28,090 bases of DNA from a virus (lineage: Duplodnaviria; Caudoviricetes). Shown in pieces: positions 18,920 to 26,034 of the stretch (positions within the stretch are counted from its first letter, which is position 1; each line of letters opens with the position of its first letter). The position numbers and the translations under genes were made by a program. Location of the stretch: IMG/VR virus record IMGVR_UViG_3300027586_000037, positions 1 through 28,090 of that record; one strand, given 5' to 3'. The notes beneath the pieces are model-generated. The model was not told where the DNA came from and made no database searches. It worked only from the letters and a program-made list of their open reading frames with translations.

Positions 18920-20941
18920 ATGGCCACAAAATTTTCACAAATATACAAACAGGAACTAAAGAGTAAAGGAATACTGAGTTCTTTGGGGTCTGCTGCACTA
19001 AAGCAAACCCAACAACGAATGGATATCAGAAACACTCTGTTTGGAGGAAGTGGTGTAATGTCTCTTGCTGGCCAAAAAATATTTGGTAAAGGATATTCGC
19101 CGTTAGAAAAAGCATCTGGAATATTATCATCATCACCAACAAGTGCTAGTTCGGGTGCCAATTCACAAGGTATCACAGACTTGTTGGCATCAAGTGATCG
19201 ACAAGAAGCTCTATTGAAAGTTATCAGTAAAAATACATTCAATATGAATATGATGGCAAGAGATACAAATATTACTCGGCAAAATATAATAACGCTTACA
19301 AAAAAGGTGACTGGTCAAAGTTCCAGATCACAGGATGCATTATGGAATGATGTTAGAACAAGAAATTACGCCATAGACTCCATGTCGAAAAAGAAAAATG
19401 AAAATGCTCAGCCTGGAAATACATCACCTTCGAATACGGGTGGGTCTTCATCATTCTTGGGTAGTATTATGAGTGGTTTAGGCACAATAGCGTCACTTGG
19501 TGGTGGTATACTTGGTGGTTTGTTTGGTGTTATTAGTAGGATGTCTCCTATCTTGGCCATCGTTGGCTTAGCTGGCGCGGCCTATGTTATAAAGCAAATA
19601 GCTTCACAAGTTGACTTTACAGGCCTAAAGAAATCAATCATGGATGCAATAGGACTAGATTCGGAGTCCGATGAACCAATATTGAAGCAACTAGCTAAAA
19701 AACTAGATTCTGCATTAGGTTTGGATTCTAAGCCATTTGGAAGTTTTTATGAGTTTTTGGAAAAAAGTCCATTCATGATTAAACTTGGTGAAAAAATTAA
19801 TTTGATATCTACGACAGCACTGGATTATACGAAAGCCGCATTTCAAACTTTAGCGAATGGTTTTGGTAGAGTTGGTGAAATATTTTCTTATTATTTTGGT
19901 GAGTTTTTTCATGCAAACAAAGGATTAATTTTAGGTGTTATGGGTGCAAGTATTGGTAGTCTGTTAGGTATAAAAGGTGCGGCCGCCGGTGCATTAATAG
20001 GAGCAATAGTTGGCGCAGCTACAGGAAATAAAGATTTAGCAGGCCTAACGTCGGAACTATTCGAAAAGCAAACGATGCTGGATAAATTAATTACTGATAG
20101 AGACAATTTACAAAAAAATGAAGCAAATTTGTCTTTTGATGACAAAGCTAAATTAAACGACTACAGATCAACAACAGGTGTTAGAGGAAAATCAATTAAA
20201 CAACTTGAAGATAGAATTGGTGAATTACAAATCAAAATAGGAACTAAAAAAGAAGAACAAGAAAAATTAATGGATTTTTCTCCTAATTCAGTATTCAAAG
20301 ACGAATTAAAAAAACTTCAACAAGAACGCGCCGACAAAGAAGCCGAAGCTAAATCACCGGTTAAAGTTTCAAGTCCTTTTGGTATGAGAACACATCCAAT
20401 AACAGGACGCCAAATGATGCACGAAGGTGTGGATGCTCCTATGAAAGAAGGTGCTGACGTATATGCTGCCGAAAAAGGAACAGTGAAAATATCCGGCGCC
20501 GTAGGTAATTATGGAAATATGATTGAGATTGACCACGGAAATGGAAAAACTACCAGATATGGCCACTTAAAATCAATGAATGTCGCCGTTGGTGATATGG
20601 TTGAAAGAGGTCAAAAGATTGCTTTGGCCGGCAACACTGGAAGTTCCACAGGACCACACCTACACTTTGAAGAACGAGAAAATGGTCGAGCAACAAGACC
20701 ATCAGCTGAAATGTTGGCTACAGCTGTTAGAGGACAAATGTTAAATGATAACTCGGTGCTTTTGGCTGCAGCTAATAGACAAGACAATTCATCACCGAAT
20801 ATAAATGTAGTGAATACACCTGCCGCAGCACCGGCACAACCAGCAAAACCACAAAATGCTGTAGCATCAGTACATAACTTTGATCCTTGGGTGGAAATTT
20901 GGGGTGCAAGCATTTTAAATCCTGCCAAAATGGGAATGTAA
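18920..20941 (+). CDS. Tape-measure-like (gp29-like) protein with C-terminal M23 metallopeptidase
   Basis: Gly-rich hydrophobic segments and coiled-coil, then SSPFGMRTHPITG..MHEGVD (HxxxD), GNYGNMIEIDHG..TRYGHL, GNTGSSTGPHLHFE (HxH). The M23 domain is confident; the tape-measure role is inferred from position after gp26/gp51. Confidence 0.75.
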   Translation: MATKFSQIYKQELKSKGILSSLGSAALKQTQQRMDIRNTLFGGSGVMSLAGQKIFGKGYSPLEKASGILSSSPTSASSGANSQGITDLLASSDRQEALLKVISKNTFNMNMMARDTNITRQNIITLTKKVTGQSSRSQDALWNDVRTRNYAIDSMSKKKNENAQPGNTSPSNTGGSSSFLGSIMSGLGTIASLGGGILGGLFGVISRMSPILAIVGLAGAAYVIKQIASQVDFTGLKKSIMDAIGLDSESDEPILKQLAKKLDSALGLDSKPFGSFYEFLEKSPFMIKLGEKINLISTTALDYTKAAFQTLANGFGRVGEIFSYYFGEFFHANKGLILGVMGASIGSLLGIKGAAAGALIGAIVGAATGNKDLAGLTSELFEKQTMLDKLITDRDNLQKNEANLSFDDKAKLNDYRSTTGVRGKSIKQLEDRIGELQIKIGTKKEEQEKLMDFSPNSVFKDELKKLQQERADKEAEAKSPVKVSSPFGMRTHPITGRQMMHEGVDAPMKEGADVYAAEKGTVKISGAVGNYGNMIEIDHGNGKTTRYGHLKSMNVAVGDMVERGQKIALAGNTGSSTGPHLHFEERENGRATRPSAEMLATAVRGQMLNDNSVLLAAANRQDNSSPNINVVNTPAAAPAQPAKPQNAVASVHNFDPWVEIWGASILNPAKMGM

Positions 20942-20962
20942 AAACCCCGCACTAGGCGGGGT
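20940..20962 (-). terminator. Rho-independent terminator after gp32, at the convergence point
   Basis: Stem ACCCCGC / GCGGGGT (20944-20950, 20956-20962), 5-nt loop, followed by a T run on the minus strand. Confidence 0.85.
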
Positions 20963-20988
20963 CAAACAGTTCTCAGAAAGAGAAAAGT

Positions 20989-21876
20989 TTATTCTTCAGC
21001 GAGAGACTTGAAGTATTCCAAGTCATCATCTCCACCAATGTCAACTGGCGCTGCTTGACGAGGTGAAAACTTAGCTGCAGGTGGCGACAGGTCAATAGAC
21101 TCAGCAGTGCTTGAAGGTGCAATGCCTTCAAAGCCCAATACTTTATCCAAACGAGCCTTCAACTGAGCGTAAGGTTTGAACAACTTTGGTTCAGTAAATT
21201 CCTTGAGGGAATATTCTTTCTTCCAAATTTTTTCCAACTCAGCATCATCTTCAGACAAGACAGACTTGCTAGCAAATTCTGATTTGTCATAGTTACGATA
21301 GCCTTCAACATTACGAATCTTCAACTTGAAGTTAGCACCTTCCCACAAATCAAACGGGTTGATTGGTGTTTCATCAGCAAACTCAGGATTCATCGCTTCG
21401 TTAATCTTGTCGAAAATTTTCTTACCGAATTTGAACAAGCGAACTTGTCCTTCATTTGACGGATTACTTGGGTCAGAAACGACCAAAATATTTGTCATGT
21501 AAGTCAGCTTACGCTTTTGTTTGCGAGCAACTTCTTTATTGGCTTCGATGCCCGAATTCCAAAGTGTACTGTTGTGTTCGCACACTGGACACTTATCGTT
21601 TAAAGTAGTCAAACAGTTATCAATAAACCAACCTCCAGGTCCTTGAAATCCGTGTGTGAATACTCGAACCCATGGCAGAGCATCATCACCATCAATTGCT
21701 GGACTTGGCAAGAAACGAATTATCGCCATGCCGTTGCCAGCTTTATCAACTTCTGGTTGCCAGAATCTGGTGTCATCTTTAGAACCGGCTTCTGCTGGAG
21801 TGCCGGTTGCTTCAATCGCTTTTGACAGTTTATCGAACTTGCCGCGATTGCGTTGTAAATTTTCGAATGTACTCAT
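20989..21876 (-). CDS. gp32: Single-stranded DNA-binding protein gp32
   Basis: DDTRFWQPEVDKAGNGMAIIRFLP, HGFQGPGGWFIDNCLTT...CPVCE, FKFGKKIFDKI, GANFKLKIRNVEGYRNYDKSEF, acidic tail. Confidence 0.97.
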   Translation of the reverse strand: MSTFENLQRNRGKFDKLSKAIEATGTPAEAGSKDDTRFWQPEVDKAGNGMAIIRFLPSPAIDGDDALPWVRVFTHGFQGPGGWFIDNCLTTLNDKCPVCEHNSTLWNSGIEANKEVARKQKRKLTYMTNILVVSDPSNPSNEGQVRLFKFGKKIFDKINEAMNPEFADETPINPFDLWEGANFKLKIRNVEGYRNYDKSEFASKSVLSEDDAELEKIWKKEYSLKEFTEPKLFKPYAQLKARLDKVLGFEGIAPSSTAESIDLSPPAAKFSPRQAAPVDIGGDDDLEYFKSLAEE

Positions 21877-21950
21877 ATGTATTTCCTTGTATAAATTGTA
21901 TTACGTTGTATATTTTTGTCCACATTATCATAATATAGACTTATATAGGT
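21877..21950 (-). promoter_or_regulatory. gp32 leader: ACCTATATAA motif, hairpin, four ATACA(A) repeats, SD; candidate translational operator
   Basis: Minus strand reads ACCTATATAA GTCTATATTA TGA TAATGTGGAC AAAAAT ATACAA CGTA ATACAA TTT ATACAA GGAA ATACA T ATG. Confidence 0.55.
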
Positions 21951-22447
21951 CACCTGTTCAGAAGTTTATCCAACATCATCAAAGTGTTATCTATATCTCT
22001 GTGAAGTACACCAATGCCGCCCGCACCAATGAAGGCTTGAATAACATCTTGTGTATCATCAATCAATATCGATTCTGGTGTAGCGTAATCAGATTTCGCC
22101 TTACGACCAGAAACAATATTCGCTTTAAATGGAATGCCTTTATCAGACAACCATTCAATTTTTTGATAGGCAACTTCTTGGTGGTATTTTTGACCACCAG
22201 AAGATGAAAGAATCTCTACCTCGATTTCATTTTCTTGTTGATATTGTGTAATATAAGTCAACAAGTCTCGACCACCTGGCCACCAGTCCAATGTTTTAAA
22301 TTGTTCTGTTTGCACGAAATGGTCCCAATTCACACTGAAGTTTTTCCGGTCACGCATGGAGCCGGGCAACTCATCATATAGTTCAAGGTATCGGCGTTCA
22401 AAGTTACACAGAACGCCGTCCATATCGAGGTAGATTTTCTTTATCAT
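21950..22447 (-). CDS. HAD-superfamily 5'(3')-deoxyribonucleotidase-like protein
   Basis: KIYLDMDGVLCNF (DxD motif I), ILSS (motif II), K..W, ILIDD (motif IV), GG.G.LH. Confidence 0.85.
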   Translation of the reverse strand: MIKKIYLDMDGVLCNFERRYLELYDELPGSMRDRKNFSVNWDHFVQTEQFKTLDWWPGGRDLLTYITQYQQENEIEVEILSSSGGQKYHQEVAYQKIEWLSDKGIPFKANIVSGRKAKSDYATPESILIDDTQDVIQAFIGAGGIGVLHRDIDNTLMMLDKLLNR

Positions 22448-23034
22448 ATCATTTTCTTTAGAATAAGTTTATATTTTAACACATCCTGTGGTAGAAATGT
22501 GGCATACTTGAGCAATCTTAACCGAAACTCTGGCCACCGAATTGTGTCGGCAATTTTAGAATTCCAGTTGGGTTCAAAACCAAGTATCTTATTCAAAATG
22601 CACAAGGTTTCAATTTGTGTTACCTTCTGCATGGTCTTGCGTAAAATCACAGGGTAATCACCGTCATTCACTTTGAACAAATCGTTTGGATTTTCACAAC
22701 CATCAAATAGTAGGTGACAATCGTTTTCGAAAAAGTACGATAGTGATTGTAACACCTTTTGATGGGTCTTGTAATTAATATCTGCTTCTTCAGTTAACAA
22801 ATCACCAGCCCAAGTGTTAGGTTTCTCAACCAAGTTGGACACGAAAAATAATTCCATGTCATCCTTGCTTGTGTACTTCCTAGACAACTTGTGAAAGTGG
22901 TATTTGTCACGCCTATTCTCAAACGCTTCAACTGAGATATTACTTTTACCATGGTATTTAAAGTAATCGTAAGATTCTCGGTTGAAGTGTAATTTTAATG
23001 AATTGAATAGTGCAAATGTTTCATAACCAGTCAT
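22444..23034 (-). CDS. gp59: Helicase loader gp59
   Basis: LKLHF....YDYFKYHGK......FE.RRDKYHF.KL, FFVSN, ETLCIL, LLKY..F; order 33-59-(HAD)-32. Confidence 0.92.
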   Translation of the reverse strand: MTGYETFALFNSLKLHFNRESYDYFKYHGKSNISVEAFENRRDKYHFHKLSRKYTSKDDMELFFVSNLVEKPNTWAGDLLTEEADINYKTHQKVLQSLSYFFENDCHLLFDGCENPNDLFKVNDGDYPVILRKTMQKVTQIETLCILNKILGFEPNWNSKIADTIRWPEFRLRLLKYATFLPQDVLKYKLILKKMI

Positions 23035-23255
23035 ATAGGTAAACGAGATTTCTTCACTTTCAACATATTCAAATCAGAAGCCAACAACTCAATTTTCGAT
23101 TTTAAATTCGAATTAATTAATGTTGCGGCGACTTCTGTTTCGAGGCCAGTTTCTGCACAATACTCAACTACAGCTTCAAGATGATTGATGTTTCTTTCGG
23201 AGACTAATCTATCAATCTCCACAGAAAACTTCTTCATTTCTTCTTTAGTTGGCAT
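23031..23255 (-). CDS. gp33: Late transcription coactivator gp33
   Basis: FSVEIDRLV.E.NINHLEAVVEYC...GLE.E....LI...LKSKIE..A..LN.LK....LPI. Confidence 0.9.
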   Translation of the reverse strand: MPTKEEMKKFSVEIDRLVSERNINHLEAVVEYCAETGLETEVAATLINSNLKSKIELLASDLNMLKVKKSRLPI

Positions 23256-23527
23256 TACTTCACAATCGTTTCATACAACTGTTCAAACTGTTCGTGCGTG
23301 GCCACTTCTTCATCATAGTTTTGTTTATGATAAACTTTGACCAAACGCTGTACAACAGGTTTAGGTAATTTCAAATCATCTGAAACTTTCTTCACTGCTT
23401 CTTTAATGAAGTCTTTTTCTCCGTCCATTCGTGTCATAGAATTCGAACACTCTTTTATAGCATCTAGCAATTTCTTGCGGTCTGCTTCACTGGAGATTTG
23501 ATTAATGCTAAATTGTTTCACTGCCAT
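23255..23527 (-). CDS. dsbA: dsDNA-binding protein DsbA-like (T4 family)
   Basis: 90 aa, IKECSNSMTRMDGEKDFIKE...L.LPK..V.RLVKVYHKQ..DEE......FE.LYE; directly upstream of gp33 as in T4; AGGAG SD. Confidence 0.75.
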   Translation of the reverse strand: MAVKQFSINQISSEADRKKLLDAIKECSNSMTRMDGEKDFIKEAVKKVSDDLKLPKPVVQRLVKVYHKQNYDEEVATHEQFEQLYETIVK

Positions 23528-23541
23528 AATATACTCCTAAA

Positions 23542-23757
23542 TTATTTCTTTGTTGCCGCCAAGGTGATGCAAACCGGATTAGAGTTTGTTTCATATGCAC
23601 ATTTAACAGACAATGGATCGATGCCTTTTGAAATGGCAGCTTCGATGTTTTTAGCCATGTTGTTGCGGTCGTTTAAATTATACATGACTCCCCCAATGAT
23701 TGCGGTACACAATACGATTGTAATAGAAATACATATAGTAATAAGGTCTTTGTTCAT
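23542..23757 (-). CDS. Small membrane-anchored hypothetical protein (71 aa)
   Basis: AAGGAG SD 9 nt before ATG 23757 (MNKDLITICISITIVLCTAIIGGVMY, one hydrophobic span; then a Cys pair, VKCAY...PVC). The longer ORF-track start overlaps the hydrolase. Confidence 0.75.
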   Translation of the reverse strand: MNKDLITICISITIVLCTAIIGGVMYNLNDRNNMAKNIEAAISKGIDPLSVKCAYETNSNPVCITLAATKK

Positions 23758-23758
23758 A

Positions 23759-24319
23759 TTAAATAACTCCTTTTGTTCGGTCAATTTTATCACCTTTGCT
23801 CTTGTAGAAAATATGCCTGCCAATTTTAGTCTCCTTCTGAAGTTTTGTCCAATTTGGATTAACATAATCTGCATGATAATATGTCGCACCGTTTGTAACA
23901 TCCTCCATGCGGTCAAAATTGATGTACAGGTTTGTTGCTAACTCTCTAATGTCATTATACAACTTTGTACTCTTGATTGTCAACCGTTTTGAGGTAAAGA
24001 AAGAATCACAATACCAAGAAAATTGGCATGTGTTACCGGTCTTTTGGGTTACTACATCACAAATGTTACCAGCATAGTTGCCGGTCTGTACACGATTCAG
24101 TGTAACAAACGCAACAGCCATTTGACCAGCAACGGGTTCATGTGCCGACTCGAAATAGATATTCTCAGCCAGACATGTCACATGTTTTTTTGCCTCTTCG
24201 GATAGAGACTGATAGCTTGCCTTGAATGGCATAATGTTGTGTAAATCAACATTGATTGAAGCTAACATTAAAATAACACTTGATAAAAGTGCGCTTAAAA
24301 GCACAATCTTACTTTGCAT
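23759..24319 (-). CDS. Cell wall hydrolase, SleB / Hydrolase_2 family, with N-terminal signal or anchor
   Basis: CLAENIYFES, GQMAVAFVTLNRV, ICDVVTQ, CQFSWYCD, DVTNGATYYHADYVNPNW, IGRHIFY. Confidence 0.92.
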   Translation of the reverse strand: MQSKIVLLSALLSSVILMLASINVDLHNIMPFKASYQSLSEEAKKHVTCLAENIYFESAHEPVAGQMAVAFVTLNRVQTGNYAGNICDVVTQKTGNTCQFSWYCDSFFTSKRLTIKSTKLYNDIRELATNLYINFDRMEDVTNGATYYHADYVNPNWTKLQKETKIGRHIFYKSKGDKIDRTKGVI

Positions 24320-24341
24320 TTTATTCCTTTCTGTGTGTGAA

Positions 24342-24363
24342 ATAGGCCGAATAAACGGCCTAT
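24342..24363 (-). terminator. Intergenic hairpin (weak terminator or mRNA-stabilising stem)
   Basis: Perfect 8-bp stem ATAGGCCG / CGGCCTAT with a 6-nt loop; only a short T run follows. Confidence 0.55.
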
Positions 24364-24370
24364 CTTTCCC

Positions 24371-24640
24371 TTACAACTTCTTAGAGACCTTGACGGGCTC
24401 AGGAATGTTTGAAACAAAACCATTTAAAGCTTGCGCCTTGGAAATGATTTCTTGTTCCGATGGGAATGGTGGATATTCTGGCTGATTCGGTAACTGTTGT
24501 CCTTGAGTGCGAGCATTCTCGGAAGCTACTTGCCAGTTATTGTGTGCAACTTCACGCTTAGACATATACTCTTGTTCGAGCATGTCTTTGCCAAGTTTTA
24601 GAAGTTCAAGACGGATCTCGAACGGTGTCATATTACTCAT
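24371..24640 (-). CDS. Phage hypothetical protein (89 aa, MSNMTPFEIRLELLK...)
   Basis: Strong AAGGAG SD 6 nt before ATG 24640; helix, Pro-rich linker (PEYPPFPSE), helix. Confidence 0.85.
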   Translation of the reverse strand: MSNMTPFEIRLELLKLGKDMLEQEYMSKREVAHNNWQVASENARTQGQQLPNQPEYPPFPSEQEIISKAQALNGFVSNIPEPVKVSKKL

Positions 24641-24670
24641 TATAATCTCCTTGTGTGTATGAGTGTAAAA

Positions 24671-24699
24671 TGGTGGTTTTATTGGGTTCCACCAACCCA
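24671..24699 (-). promoter_or_regulatory. H-type RNA pseudoknot in the 5' leader of the 89-aa gene
   Basis: UGGGU U GGUGG A ACCCA AUAAAA CCACC A: S1 UGGGU/ACCCA and S2 GGUGG/CCACC, all Watson-Crick. Confidence 0.65.
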
Positions 24700-24717
24700 T
24701 TGTCTATTATATAGGTA

Positions 24718-24879
24718 TTACTTTTTTGCAGGTTCAGTTTTAGCCGGTTCAGCTTTCTTGGCTGCAGGCTTAACTTCTTCTTTTTTGGCTGCCGGTTTAG
24801 CTTCTTCTTTCTTTGCAGGTTCAGCTGCGAAAGAAACAGTTGCGAATGCCAACATTACTAGTGCGATAATTGATTTCAT
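24718..24879 (-). CDS. 53-aa secreted low-complexity Ala/Lys/Glu/Pro peptide
   Basis: Missing from the ORF track (short). AAGGA SD; MKSIIALVMLAFATVSFA|AEPAKKEEAKPAAKKEEVKPAAKKAEPAKTEPAKK; classical signal peptide. Confidence 0.85.
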   Translation of the reverse strand: MKSIIALVMLAFATVSFAAEPAKKEEAKPAAKKEEVKPAAKKAEPAKTEPAKK

Positions 24880-24906
24880 ATTAATTCCTTATATAAGTTA
24901 AAATTA

Positions 24907-24950
24907 ATAGGTTATTCTGTTACGAGGAAACCTATAAAAACCCCAATTAG
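24907..24950 (-). ncRNA. Structured RNA resembling the 3' end of a two-piece (permuted) tmRNA coding piece; apparently a fragment
   Basis: CTAATT GGGG TTTTT ATAGGTT TCCTCGTAACAGAAT AACCTAT: 7-bp stem, 15-nt loop containing AACAGAA, and an upstream GGGG able to pair with loop UCCU. Recognition is from memory; no tag ORF or tRNA-like domain is adjacent. Confidence 0.5.
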
Positions 24951-24961
24951 TTTACTACCAT

Positions 24962-25552
24962 TCATTTAAACGGAGGGCCACCAACCCAAATCACAAGAGA
25001 ACGGCGCACTCCTTTGGTGACTGGCTGGACTCGGTGCATAACATACGATGGAAAAAACCATGCTCTACCTCTCTTAGTTTCCAATGTCTGAGGTGTATCT
25101 GTAGATATTCGCACTTGGAATTCTCCTCCTTCAAACTCCGACTGATCGGACAACATCAAAGCAATAGACAGTTTGCGTGGAGCGTTAGTATCTTTAGCGC
25201 TAGCATCGGTGTGCCAGTCGTAATGTCCTTTGTTGTCAGAACTGTAAATGCCCAACTGCATTGGTTCATAAAAACCAGTTAAGTCAAACTGAAAAAACCG
25301 GCGGTTTACTTCGGCCACAATCTTAGACAGTTTATCCCAAATAGGTAGTAGTTCCTGCTTCGGCCCTAACCAACCAACTTGTGTTACACGTACATCATCA
25401 TTCACGGTACCAGTACCAACGGATGCCTTTTCAGTTGCTAGCCACTCAGGCTGCGCCAACAGGAGATTAATCTCCGCATCAGTTAAAAACCCATCCCAGA
25501 GGGCCATTTCGTCTTTACCAAAACCGTTAACAGGCTCAATTGGATACAACAT
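24962..25552 (-). CDS. 2OG-Fe(II) oxygenase, PKHD/prolyl 4-hydroxylase-like
   Basis: GHYDWHTD (HxD), RKLSIALMLSD..EFEGGEF, FFPSYVMHRVQPVTKGVRRSLVIW (distal H, RxS). Confidence 0.93.
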   Translation of the reverse strand: MLYPIEPVNGFGKDEMALWDGFLTDAEINLLLAQPEWLATEKASVGTGTVNDDVRVTQVGWLGPKQELLPIWDKLSKIVAEVNRRFFQFDLTGFYEPMQLGIYSSDNKGHYDWHTDASAKDTNAPRKLSIALMLSDQSEFEGGEFQVRISTDTPQTLETKRGRAWFFPSYVMHRVQPVTKGVRRSLVIWVGGPPFK

Positions 25553-26034
25553 TAATAGCCCCTCGGTTTCTTAGCCCAAGGATTTAATGCAACAGACATG
25601 CGTGTGCCGGTGTAGTCCTCAACCCCATGAAGCAAACCGGGAGCAAACGCCACCAGTCGGTTAGTCTTGGGTACAATAGAAATTGAATTAGTCATAAATT
25701 TACCGCCATTTAAGGCTTGTATGTCAGCGTAAAAGACGATGCTACAAATTGGCATAGCTATTTCGCCCGTAAGATTTGTCAAGGTTTCGTCCTTGTCAAT
25801 GTGCCAATTAGGTTTGGTGCCGTGGTGTGCCCACTGTTCCACTCCATTCATGGCGGTTAAATTAAAAACACGGCGCACGTGTGCTAGAATATCAGCCATC
25901 GGAGTTGATCCTGTCATACATTCATCCAAACTGCCATCAACCCACTGCATTTTTCGATTGTCGGGAACACTAAAAAAGTCCTGAGTAATCTTAAGGTTGT
26001 CTGCATCCAGAACATCATCCATAACTATCAACAT
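25552..26034 (-). CDS. 2OG-Fe(II) oxygenase family protein
   Basis: NWHIDKDE (HxD), GGKF, PKTNRLVAF..GLLHGV, TRMSVALN. Confidence 0.85.
   Translation of the reverse strand: MLIVMDDVLDADNLKITQDFFSVPDNRKMQWVDGSLDECMTGSTPMADILAHVRRVFNLTAMNGVEQWAHHGTKPNWHIDKDETLTNLTGEIAMPICSIVFYADIQALNGGKFMTNSISIVPKTNRLVAFAPGLLHGVEDYTGTRMSVALNPWAKKPRGY

Noticed and set aside
21643-22207. Plus-strand ORFs of 60 and 183 aa opposite gp32 and the HAD gene
   Set aside because: Antisense to well-supported genes, with no RBS or motif.
23758-23916. N-terminal extension of the 23542 ORF (124 aa in the ORF track)
   Set aside because: Overlaps the SleB gene in another frame; the strong SD supports ATG 23757.
24671-24699. 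preQ1-I riboswitch assignment for the pseudoknot
   Set aside because: Similar size and A-rich strand, but the loop lacks the C-containing ligand-binding motif and S2 is fully paired away from the SD.
24653-24901. Plus-strand 82-aa ORF with AAGL/AGS repeats
   Set aside because: Antisense of the 53-aa peptide gene, which has the SD and signal peptide.
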